Source: an uncultured Christensenella sp. (GTDB lineage: Bacteria; Bacillota; Clostridia; Christensenellales; UBA3700). From it: a stretch of DNA of 64,000 nt. The notes under the pieces are model-generated. The model was given only the letters and a program-made list of their open reading frames with translations. It was not told where the DNA came from and searched no databases. The translations under genes were made by a program, and so were the position numbers. Shown here one piece after another: positions 9,259-18,114 of the stretch. The first letter of the stretch is position 1. Each line of letters starts with the position of its first letter. The stretch spans positions 22,727 through 86,726 of the forward strand of contig CAYZGK010000002.1 of the NCBI GenBank assembly GCA_964478025.1. The letters are read 5' to 3'.

Positions 9259-10509
9259 TTATTCACCATACTTTTTATCAAAATTCTCTAACATTTTTAC
9301 TGAAACTGCATAACAATCAGCAAGTGCTTCTTGATCAAGGTTAGTCCATGTATCTTTTCTTGTATGATAATATGGTTGTAAGTTATAATCCATAGCACCT
9401 ATAGATATAGTTTTAAAACCACCAAATTTTTTAAATGCTGCAGCATCTGTTGCGCCACCAAAAGGAGGAATAATACCTTTTGAACATTTAATACCAAGTT
9501 CGTCTGCAGCCTCAACAAAGGCATCTCCTACTTCTTTATCTAACGCAACAGTTGCGTTTAAATCTCTATAGTTTGCAGCTAAGAATTTTCCTTCTCTTAT
9601 AGTATCGTAAGATATAATCCATGTTGGGACATCTTTATAATCATTTTTATGAGCTTCAGCCCATGCCCAAGCACCACGAAGACCAGCCTCTTCAGAACCT
9701 GTTGTAATAACACCAATTTCAGTATGCTCAAGTTCTATTCCTTGTTCCTTTAGTGCCTTTAAAATAGCAATACCCATGTAACAACCAGATAAGTTATCAT
9801 TTGCACCATCTACAATAATTTTTTCATTCCACATAAAGCAAAGAGCAATAAACCAAGGAATAAAGAAAAATCCTATTAAAGATAAAATTAAATTTAGTGT
9901 CATTGTTGTCTTCATAACAGGAATAACCGGTCCTAGCATTGCAGTATTAATTATTCCTACTACAAACATATAAACAAGTCCAAGTCCACCAAATATATAT
10001 TGAGAAATATGTGCAATACCACCATATTTTTCATTTACGGGCCATAACCAACAAGCATCAGCATGTCCATTAAAGAATATTCTAGCTTTAACCTCGCCAC
10101 TTGGCTTTTTTATAGCTGTCATATTATGTCCTGTTTCTTCTTTAAATAATGGGTCTAATAATTTCTTATATAATCCAAATTGTAAAAACAAAATAACAAG
10201 TGCAATAAAAGATAAAACAATGCCAACTACTGGAACAAAAAAGTTTGCTATAAATGCAGCAATACCTAATGCAACACAATAATAAATCCAACCAAAGAAT
10301 GAACCTGGATTTTCTTTAAAACTTTCAAGCTTAGTATATTCTGCTCCACCTTCTTTCACCATAACCTCACCCATATATTCACAGGCCATTTTCTCGCCTT
10401 CTGAACCTGGGTTTCTTTTTGGCATATCACGACAAATATGAGTGATTTCATCCATCATAAATTTTGCCGATTCATTTTTATTCTCAATTAATTTTGATAA
10501 ATCTGCCAT
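9259..10509 (-). CDS. M28 family metallopeptidase with membrane-spanning insertions
   Basis: 416 aa. M28 ligand motifs are present: NGHADA, DGANDNLSG, TGSEEAGLRGA and a late HT.KD. Hydrophobic helices interrupt the domain at approximately residues 73-112 and 160-228. Confidence 0.75.
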   Translation of the reverse strand: MADLSKLIENKNESAKFMMDEITHICRDMPKRNPGSEGEKMACEYMGEVMVKEGGAEYTKLESFKENPGSFFGWIYYCVALGIAAFIANFFVPVVGIVLSFIALVILFLQFGLYKKLLDPLFKEETGHNMTAIKKPSGEVKARIFFNGHADACWLWPVNEKYGGIAHISQYIFGGLGLVYMFVVGIINTAMLGPVIPVMKTTMTLNLILSLIGFFFIPWFIALCFMWNEKIIVDGANDNLSGCYMGIAILKALKEQGIELEHTEIGVITTGSEEAGLRGAWAWAEAHKNDYKDVPTWIISYDTIREGKFLAANYRDLNATVALDKEVGDAFVEAADELGIKCSKGIIPPFGGATDAAAFKKFGGFKTISIGAMDYNLQPYYHTRKDTWTNLDQEALADCYAVSVKMLENFDKKYGE

Positions 10510-10591
10510 ACAATAAATCCTCCACGTTTTTTATTTTAGCAAAAACAAATACTCTTTTTAATAGGAAAATTAAAAATCTATGTAAAATACA

Positions 10592-10623
10592 TAAAAAAAT
10601 AGCTACCCATTAAGAGTAGCTAT
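10592..10623 (-). terminator. terminator downstream of the GGGtGRT gene
   Basis: An 8-bp stem pairs ATAGCTAC (10599-10606) with GTAGCTAT (10616-10623). A T-run follows on the minus strand. Confidence 0.7.
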
Positions 10624-10642
10624 CCTAAATTTATATTTAAAT

Positions 10643-11650
10643 TTATTTGTTCATTGCTTGAGATACAGCAACTGCAACAGCAACTGTAGCACCAACCATT
10701 GGGTTGTTACCCATACCGATTAATCCCATCATTTCTACGTGAGCAGGAACTGATGATGAACCAGCAAATTGAGCATCTGAGTGCATACGTCCCATTGTAT
10801 CTGTCATACCATATGAAGCAGGACCAGCAGCCATATTATCTGGGTGTAATGTACGTCCTGTACCACCACCTGAAGCTACTGAGAAGTATTTCTTACCCAT
10901 TTCGATACATTCTTTCTTGTATGTTCCAGCAACTGGATGTTGGAATCTTGTTGGGTTTGTAGAGTTACCAGTAATTGATACATCAACACCTTCTAAGTGC
11001 ATGATTGCAACACCTTCTCTAACATCATCTGCACCATAGCATCTTACAGCTAATCTATCTGGATTTGAACCATACTTTGTTTCCTTAACAATTGATACTT
11101 TACCTGTTGCATAATCAAAAGATGTTTCAACATGTGTAAATCCGTTAATTCTAGAAATAATCTTAGCTGCATCTTTTCCTAAACCATTTAGAATAACTCT
11201 TAATGGCTCTTTTCTAACTTTGTTTGCAGTTTTAGCAATACCGATAGCACCTTCAGCAGCAGCAAATGATTCATGTCCTGCTAAGAAAGCAAAACATTTA
11301 GAATTTTCATTTAATAACATAGCACCTAAGTTACCATGTCCTAAACCTACCTTTCTATCATCAGCAACTGATCCAGGAATACAGAATGATTGTAAACCTA
11401 CACCAATCCACTTTGCAGCTTCTTCTGCTGTCTTTGCTCCTTTCTTAATAGCAATAGCAGCACCTACCATATATGCATAACATGCGTTTTCAAAACAAAT
11501 AGTTTGGATATCCTTTACCATTTGGTAAACATCTAATCCCTTTTCTTTTGTTATTTTTTCTGCTTCTTCAATAGAAGAAATACCAGCTTCGTTTAAAGCT
11601 TTATTAATTTGGTTAATACGTCTTTCGTATCCTTCAAATGTGATTGCCAT
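10643..11650 (-). CDS. GGGtGRT protein (conserved, unknown function)
   Basis: 335 aa containing the literal signature SGGGTGRTLHP that names this family. Confidence 0.85.
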   Translation of the reverse strand: MAITFEGYERRINQINKALNEAGISSIEEAEKITKEKGLDVYQMVKDIQTICFENACYAYMVGAAIAIKKGAKTAEEAAKWIGVGLQSFCIPGSVADDRKVGLGHGNLGAMLLNENSKCFAFLAGHESFAAAEGAIGIAKTANKVRKEPLRVILNGLGKDAAKIISRINGFTHVETSFDYATGKVSIVKETKYGSNPDRLAVRCYGADDVREGVAIMHLEGVDVSITGNSTNPTRFQHPVAGTYKKECIEMGKKYFSVASGGGTGRTLHPDNMAAGPASYGMTDTMGRMHSDAQFAGSSSVPAHVEMMGLIGMGNNPMVGATVAVAVAVSQAMNK

Positions 11651-11668
11651 AGTTAATATTCCTCCTTA

Positions 11669-12361
11669 TTATTCTTTACGTGGATCAATGTACTTAACAG
11701 CATCATTGTATCTTCCGTATTGGCCTTTTGCCTTTTCAAGAGCTTCTTCAGCTTTTAAGCCCTTCTTCATGAAGTCTGTAAACTTACCTAATGATAGATA
11801 TTGATAACCACAAATTTCATTATTTTCATCAAGTCCGATAGATGTAATATATCCTTCAGCTAGTTCAAGATATCTTGGTCCCTTTTCTTTTGTAGAATAA
11901 ATTGTACCAACTTGTGAACGTAATCCCTTTCCTAAGTCTTCAAGACCAGCACCGATAGGTAAACCATTTTCAGAGAAAGCAGATTGTGTTCTACCATAAA
12001 CTATTTGTAAGAATAATTCTCTCATAGCAGTATTGATAGCATCACATACTAAGTCTGTGTTAACAGCCTCTAAAACTGTCTTACCAACAATTGCTTCACT
12101 TGCCATAGCAGCAGAGTGTGTCATACCTGAACAACCAATTGTTTCAATTAAAGCTTCTTCAATAATGCCGTTTTTAACATTTAAAGAAATCTTACAAGCA
12201 CCTTGTTGTGGAGCACACCAGCCGATACCATGAGTGAAACCATTGATATCTTTGATTTCTCTTGAGTATACCCATTTTCCTTCTTCAGGAATAGGAGCAC
12301 ATCCATGTGAAGCGCCACAAGTAACTTTGCACATATTTTGTACATCTTTTGTGTATTGCAT
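11669..12361 (-). CDS. NifU/IscU-like Cys-rich protein co-transcribed with the GGGtGRT gene
   Basis: 230 aa. Cys-containing motifs: CKVTCGASHGC, GWCAPQQGAC, IGCSGMTHSAAMASE, LVCDA. It lies 18 nt upstream of the next gene. The IscU-like assignment is from memory of how this neighbour is usually annotated. Confidence 0.65.
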   Translation of the reverse strand: MQYTKDVQNMCKVTCGASHGCAPIPEEGKWVYSREIKDINGFTHGIGWCAPQQGACKISLNVKNGIIEEALIETIGCSGMTHSAAMASEAIVGKTVLEAVNTDLVCDAINTAMRELFLQIVYGRTQSAFSENGLPIGAGLEDLGKGLRSQVGTIYSTKEKGPRYLELAEGYITSIGLDENNEICGYQYLSLGKFTDFMKKGLKAEEALEKAKGQYGRYNDAVKYIDPRKE

Positions 12362-12471
12362 TTTAAAAATCTCCTTGTTATTTTTTCTATCTTGTTTATT
12401 ATATAATATTTTAAAATTATTTCAAACAAAATAATTATCTAAGTTCATACATTTTGATATATAATCATACT

Positions 12472-13089
12472 ATGAAAATTTATATCGTAAGACATGGAGA
12501 AACAGATGCTAATAAACAAGGTAAACTACAAGGTTTATCTGATGAACCATTAAACATAAATGGTATAAATCTAGCAAAAATAACTGGCAAGGCTTTAAAA
12601 GATATAAATTTTTCTAAGGCTTATTCCTCTCCACTTTTACGAGCAAAAACAACAATTTCAACTATATTAAGTGAAAATAATAATCCATCTACCACAATAA
12701 CTTTAGATAATAGATTAATTGAGGTAGATATGGGCGATTGGCAAGGTAAAAAATTTAAAGAACCTAATGCTGAAATTAATATAAATGATGTAAATCAATT
12801 TTTCACAAATCCTTTTGAATTTAGTGGAATTCCAAATGGAGAATCAGTTTATTCAGTTTGCAATAGAACTCAACAATTCATAAAAGAATTAATTTCATTA
12901 AATGATGATAATAACTATCTTGTAGGAACACATGGTTTTGCTATGCGTGCTATGCTTAATTTTTTATATAAGGATAAACATAATTTTTGGCATGGACATG
13001 TTCCTTATAATTGTTCAGTTAGCGTTATTGAAGCAAAAGATGGCGATATTAAGCTAATTCAAGACGATATAATCTTTTATAATAAGTAA
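12472..13089 (+). CDS. histidine phosphatase (phosphoglycerate mutase-like) family protein
   Basis: The RHGETDAN motif is at the N-terminus when the ATG at 12472 is used (MKIYIVRHGET), and a later GTHG motif is present. The track ORF starts at a TTG at 12454. Confidence 0.85.
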   Translation: MKIYIVRHGETDANKQGKLQGLSDEPLNINGINLAKITGKALKDINFSKAYSSPLLRAKTTISTILSENNNPSTTITLDNRLIEVDMGDWQGKKFKEPNAEININDVNQFFTNPFEFSGIPNGESVYSVCNRTQQFIKELISLNDDNNYLVGTHGFAMRAMLNFLYKDKHNFWHGHVPYNCSVSVIEAKDGDIKLIQDDIIFYNK

Positions 13090-13131
13090 AAAAATACTCC
13101 CTATTTTTGGGAGCATTTTAATAATTTCAAA

Positions 13132-14529
13132 TTATAAATTTTCGTTTCCTGGAAGACCTTTTAAATTTTCTCTATATCTTGCAAGTTCTTCATCTGTTGG
13201 AATTACATCATTCATTTCATGTTTGTTATATTTATCATAAGCAACCATATCGAAAAATCCTGTACCTGTTAATCCAAATAATATTGTTTTTGCCTCTCCC
13301 GTTTCTTTACACTTTAAAGCTTCATCAATTGCTGCTCTAATTGCATGTGAACTTTCTGGAGCTGGCAAAATTGTTTCATATCTTGCAAACATAGTGGCAG
13401 CTTCGAAAACTTTTGTTTGTTCTACAGATACAGCTCTCATATATCCATCATGATATAACTTTGAAACTATTGGTGACATTCCATGGAATCTTAAACCTCC
13501 AGCATGATTTTTTGATGGAATAAATTGAGAACCTAGTGTATACATTTTAGCAAGTGGACATATCATACCCGTATCACAATAATCATAAGCATAAACGCCA
13601 CGAGTTAATGAAGGACAAGAAGCAGGCTCTACTGCAATAAAATCCGTATTAGGTTTTTTACCTAATAATTTATCTCTCATAAATGGAGCAATTAAACCTC
13701 CTAAATTAGAACCACCACCGGCACATCCTATAACCACATCAGGATATACACCTAATTTTTCCATAGCTGTATAAGATTCTAATCCTATTATTGATTGATG
13801 CAATAAAACTTGATTTAATACAGAACCTAATACATAACGAGTTGCGTGATTTGGATCAGATACCGCTGTCTCTACAGCTTCTGATATAGCAGTTCCTAAA
13901 GAACCTGTACACTCTGGATCTTTTGCTAATATTTTTCTACCACATTCTGTAGTTGTAGATGGAGAAGGAATAACCTTTGCTCCAAATGTTTGCATAAGAG
14001 TTTTTCTAAATGGCTTTTGTTCATAAGAACATTTAACCATAAAAACTGTTAAAGGCATTTCAAAATACGCACAAGCCTCAGATAAAGCTGACCCCCACTG
14101 ACCTGCACCTGTTTCTGTTGTTAAAGCTTTTAATCCTTGTTTTTTTGCATAATAAACTTGAGGTACAGCAGAATTTAATTTATGACTTCCTGATGTATTA
14201 TTTCCTTCAAATTTATAATATATCTTAGCTGGAGTTCCTAAAGCTTTTTCAAGATTATATGCACGACAAAGAGGGGCTGGTCTATACTGCTTATAAATCT
14301 CCATGATTTCATCTGGAATATCTACGTATGCGGTATTATCATCTAATTCTTGATGTGCAAGCTCTTTACAAAAAATGGGATATAATTCTTCTTCTGTTAA
14401 TGGTTTTCCTGTAGCAGGATTTAAAAGCGGATCTGGTTTTTGTTGCATATCTGCTCTTAAATTGTACCATTTTCTAGGCAATTCATCTTCTGTTAAATAA
14501 GTTCTATAAGGTATTCCTTTTTCTTCCAT
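13132..14529 (-). CDS. TrpB-like PLP-dependent enzyme (TrpB2-type tryptophan synthase beta homolog)
   Basis: 465 aa. It has the long N-terminal extension, the HKLN lysine motif and GGGSN typical of TrpB2. No trpA or other trp genes are nearby. Confidence 0.85.
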   Translation of the reverse strand: MEEKGIPYRTYLTEDELPRKWYNLRADMQQKPDPLLNPATGKPLTEEELYPIFCKELAHQELDDNTAYVDIPDEIMEIYKQYRPAPLCRAYNLEKALGTPAKIYYKFEGNNTSGSHKLNSAVPQVYYAKKQGLKALTTETGAGQWGSALSEACAYFEMPLTVFMVKCSYEQKPFRKTLMQTFGAKVIPSPSTTTECGRKILAKDPECTGSLGTAISEAVETAVSDPNHATRYVLGSVLNQVLLHQSIIGLESYTAMEKLGVYPDVVIGCAGGGSNLGGLIAPFMRDKLLGKKPNTDFIAVEPASCPSLTRGVYAYDYCDTGMICPLAKMYTLGSQFIPSKNHAGGLRFHGMSPIVSKLYHDGYMRAVSVEQTKVFEAATMFARYETILPAPESSHAIRAAIDEALKCKETGEAKTILFGLTGTGFFDMVAYDKYNKHEMNDVIPTDEELARYRENLKGLPGNENL

Positions 14530-14736
14530 TATTAAGCACTCCTATATAAAGTATTGTGATCGAAACTTGCGACCTCAAATTTTGCTCTTATTATACTATT
14601 AAATTAAATAATCCGCAATGCTAGAGATTTGAATTATATAAGAAACAAGTCTAATACATTTTCTTGCGCATACATATTAGGTGAAACTATGCAAGTAGGT
14701 GCAAAACATTGCAATTATTTACATTATAACGCAAAA

Positions 14737-15414
14737 TTAATCATTTACTTTCCAGTAACCACCTTTTTTTGCGCCAATACGATCAATAATATTTCTTTCT
14801 TTTAATAATTTTAAATTTTTCTTAACACCCTGTTCAGACAAATTTGATTCAATCATTAATTGATTAATTGTAATATTTGGATTGTTTCTAATTGCAGCTA
14901 CAATTATATCTTGAGATTTATTAAGTTTTTGGTATACTTTTTTGTTTACTTTATTGTCTACTATTTCAAATGAATTTACATTTATCTTATTAAATGGGAT
15001 TGTTACAATGATTCTATTCTTTTCTATTTTTATAGATTCCTTACCATACTTACCAATGATTTTAGGAACACCACGTCCAGAACGTTCACTAATTCTTAAT
15101 TGTAAAAATATAGATGCAAGAATCTCATTTACCGGTATACTTGCGCCATTATAAAATCCTTCTATATCTTGATTAAAAGCTAGTCCACCATGTGATAATA
15201 TTTCAATTCTATCAGTAAATATAGAAATTTGAGGGCCATTTAATGTCAACCATTTATTATGCAACACAGCGTTAACAATCGCTTCATTATACGCTTTTAT
15301 ATCGAATAAAGAAGTCTCTTTTCGCTCTTCTTTTCTCAAACATATTATTTGTAAGGTCACTGTAAATGTCACTGTAAATGTCACTGTAAAAGCAGATTCA
15401 TCTTTTACAACCAA
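14737..15414 (-). pseudogene. N-terminally truncated AlbA_2/HATPase_c_4-type putative DNA-binding ATPase-like regulator
   Basis: Only the C-terminal half of the family is present: IVNAVLHNKW, ILSHGGL, ERSGRGVPKI and a C-terminal wHTH. There is no ATG or RBS. The frame begins in a 12-bp tandem repeat, 13 nt after the stop of the upstream permease. Confidence 0.5.
15356..15391. repeat. 12-bp tandem repeat x3 (GTCACTGTAAAT)
   Basis: The three copies are at 15356-15367, 15368-15379 and 15380-15391; the last copy ends in A. In frame they translate to FTVTFTVTFTVT. Confidence 0.9.
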
Positions 15415-15427
15415 CTTAATTATATTA

Positions 15428-16723
15428 CTAAACTATTATACTTAAACCTAAAAGCGACATTAAAGTTGTTGGAATACAAATAATTATTCCATATTTTATA
15501 AAATCTAAGAAGCTATAATTAACTTCATATTTTTTTAATATATTTGACCACATAATTCCTGCAAGAGCTCCAATTGGTGTTAAAAATGCACCTAAATTCG
15601 AACCAATTATTGTTGCAAATACAGCACTATGAGTTACACCTTTTTCTAGAATAGAAGAAAACAGTACACTCATTGGAATATTATTTAATATATTACACAT
15701 TAAAGTTGAACTTATTCCATATACCCACACTTCGTTTCCTTTGTTTAAAAACTCATAAATTTTCTCTGTAATTCCGTTATAATTTAGTGCTTGTACAATT
15801 ACAAACATAGAAAGAACAAAGGGTATAAGTTCCCAAGGTGCTCTTTTTAAACTCTTTATAACTAAAACTGGCTTTTCTTTCTTTATAAGTCTATATACAA
15901 GTGCTGTTAATATTAAAACAACCGCGCAAGGAAGTGAAACCATCCACATTTCAATATTTATATAATTCGCAATAGAAAGCCCTATAATACATATTATTAA
16001 AATTGCTACTCCAAAATATAGTAAAAACTTTTCTTCAATTACAACATTCTCTACTTCTACATTTTCAATTTTTACCTTTAATTTTTTATAGAAAATTGCA
16101 AATAGTAATAAAAATGAAGTTACACCTGCAAAAATAGTTGGCAAAAACATTGTCTTTATATAATCAAAAAATTCTATATTCAAGGAAGTTGCTAAATAAA
16201 TGTTTGTAGGATTACCTATAATTAAAAACATACTCCATGTATTTGCAGCAACAAACTCTAATATAAGATAAGGCAGTGGATCTATTTTAGCTCTTTTAGA
16301 AAACAAACAAATAAAAGGAGTAAAAGTTAAAATAATAATATCATTTGAGGTAAATATAGTTAAAAATGATATTACTAAATATAAAATAATGAATAGTTTT
16401 ATTTGATTATTCCCGGCTTTTTTTAAAGCAAATGAAGCTGCAAGTTTAAAAAAGCCTACCTCATCCAAAAATACAGATATTATTGTAATGGTTATAAATA
16501 TAACCAATATTTTTATAGGATTTATTGCACTATGGGCAAATATAGCACTAACAACATTATCTAAAGGAACAAGTGATGTAAGTATTAAAATTAATGCTCC
16601 TATTAAGCTTACAACCCAATATGAACCTATAGAAACTCTTTTTATAGTAAATGAAGGCTTTAAAATTATAAAGCCTATCATAGTTAAACAAGTTATTATT
16701 GAAATTACTAAAGTTGCTACCAT
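15428..16723 (-). CDS. ArsB/NhaD (CitMHS-like) superfamily anion permease
   Basis: 431 aa with about 10-12 TM helices. It has the duplicated-hairpin topology and the sequence character of the ArsB/NhaD permease family. Confidence 0.65.
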   Translation of the reverse strand: MVATLVISIITCLTMIGFIILKPSFTIKRVSIGSYWVVSLIGALILILTSLVPLDNVVSAIFAHSAINPIKILVIFITITIISVFLDEVGFFKLAASFALKKAGNNQIKLFIILYLVISFLTIFTSNDIIILTFTPFICLFSKRAKIDPLPYLILEFVAANTWSMFLIIGNPTNIYLATSLNIEFFDYIKTMFLPTIFAGVTSFLLLFAIFYKKLKVKIENVEVENVVIEEKFLLYFGVAILIICIIGLSIANYINIEMWMVSLPCAVVLILTALVYRLIKKEKPVLVIKSLKRAPWELIPFVLSMFVIVQALNYNGITEKIYEFLNKGNEVWVYGISSTLMCNILNNIPMSVLFSSILEKGVTHSAVFATIIGSNLGAFLTPIGALAGIMWSNILKKYEVNYSFLDFIKYGIIICIPTTLMSLLGLSIIV

Positions 16724-16752
16724 AAATAAAGAGAGGTTTTCCCTCTCTAATT

Positions 16753-17256
16753 TTATTCATTTAATGATTTTGGTGTCTTATTCTTATAAGTTGTAAACTT
16801 AATTGAATATCCATTATCTTCCTCAGGTTCGCTTTCTTCTATACATTCCCAATTTGGAAGTTTATCTAGATTTTCATAGAAAACTTGAGCCTCGCCATCT
16901 GCATCAACTTTTGTAACATAAACTGTATCGCAATATGGAAGCATAGTTCTATACATCATAGCTCCACCCATTACGTATACAGTATCTGTATCATAATTTT
17001 TTAAAATATTTAAAAGCTCTTTTAACGATTGAGCCATAATTACATCATCTCTATAAAAAACATCAGATAAAACAATATTTGTTCTATTTGGAAGAGGTTT
17101 TTCATTTGGAAGTGAAAGTAATGTATTTCCTCCCATAACAACTACATTTCCTGTTGTTTTTTCTTTAAAGAATTTCATATCTTTTTTTAAATGGAATAAT
17201 AATCCATTATTTTTACCAATGCCCCAATTTCTATCTACCGCTACTATTGCCTTCAT
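16753..17256 (-). CDS. folA: dihydrofolate reductase
   Basis: 167 aa. The N-terminus MKAIVAVDRNWGIGKNNGL.F...D and the GG motif are typical. It lies 10 nt downstream of thyA. Confidence 0.9.
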   Translation of the reverse strand: MKAIVAVDRNWGIGKNNGLLFHLKKDMKFFKEKTTGNVVVMGGNTLLSLPNEKPLPNRTNIVLSDVFYRDDVIMAQSLKELLNILKNYDTDTVYVMGGAMMYRTMLPYCDTVYVTKVDADGEAQVFYENLDKLPNWECIEESEPEEDNGYSIKFTTYKNKTPKSLNE

Positions 17257-17266
17257 AATTTTTCTC

Positions 17267-18097
17267 CTATTCTGCTACTGGAATTTTTTCACCAAGTTCA
17301 TTATATTTATAATCTACAAGTTGGAAATCCTCTAATTTAAAATCATAAAAGTTTTTAACATCTGGATTTATAATTAATTTTGGTGCATCATATTGTGGAT
17401 TTTCTATAATTTTCTTAACAATTGGAATATGTCTATCATAAATATGAGCATCTGCTATAACATGTACAAGTTCTCCTGGAACAAGACCACTTACTTGAGC
17501 AAACATCATAAGTAAAACACTGTATTGAAATACGTTCCAGTTGTTTGCGGTTAACATATCATTTGATCTTTGATTTAATATTCCATTTAATACATTACCA
17601 GAAACATTAAAAGTCATTGAATAAGCGCAAGGATATAAATTCATTTCATGAAGATCTTGGAATGTATAAATATTAGTCATAATTCTTCTAGAGTTTGGAT
17701 TATTTTTTAAATCATATAATACTCTATCTACTTGATCAAACATACCCTCTTTGTATTGATGTTTTACTCCAAGTTGGTAACCATAAGCTTTTCCTATAGT
17801 TCCATCTTCTCCAACCCATTGATCCCAAATATGAGAATGTAAATCTGCAACTCTATTTGATTTCTTTTGCCAAATCCAAAGAATTTCATCTATCGCATTT
17901 TTAAATGCTGTTTTTCTTATTGTTAAAATTGGAACTTCTTTTTGTAAGTCATATCTATTAACAATACAAAATTTCTTTATAGTATGTGCTGGTGTTCCAT
18001 CTGACCACTTTGGACGTACAGGTAAATTTTCATCTGAAACGCCATTTTCCATTATATCCTTCATGTTTTGTACAAAAACTCTATCTGCGTAAGACAT
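17267..18097 (-). CDS. thyA: thymidylate synthase
   Basis: 276 aa. Active-site region LYPCAYSMTF, RSNDM and DAHIY are typical of ThyA. Confidence 0.95.
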   Translation of the reverse strand: MSYADRVFVQNMKDIMENGVSDENLPVRPKWSDGTPAHTIKKFCIVNRYDLQKEVPILTIRKTAFKNAIDEILWIWQKKSNRVADLHSHIWDQWVGEDGTIGKAYGYQLGVKHQYKEGMFDQVDRVLYDLKNNPNSRRIMTNIYTFQDLHEMNLYPCAYSMTFNVSGNVLNGILNQRSNDMLTANNWNVFQYSVLLMMFAQVSGLVPGELVHVIADAHIYDRHIPIVKKIIENPQYDAPKLIINPDVKNFYDFKLEDFQLVDYKYNELGEKIPVAE

Positions 18098-18114
18098 ATT
18101 TTCTCCTTTTACTA

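Noticed and set aside
12459-12474. A leaderless mRNA for the histidine phosphatase gene, with TATAAT 6 nt before the ATG at 12472.
   Set aside because: It is suggestive, since there is no SD sequence and a -10-like hexamer is correctly placed. But one AT-rich hexamer in an AT-rich genome is not enough evidence without transcription-start data.
14530-14736. A possible Trp-responsive leader (T-box or attenuator) upstream of the TrpB-like gene.
   Set aside because: Only weak 5-bp hairpins and two -10-like words are visible. There is no T-box core, no Trp-codon leader peptide and no terminator/antiterminator pair that I can support.
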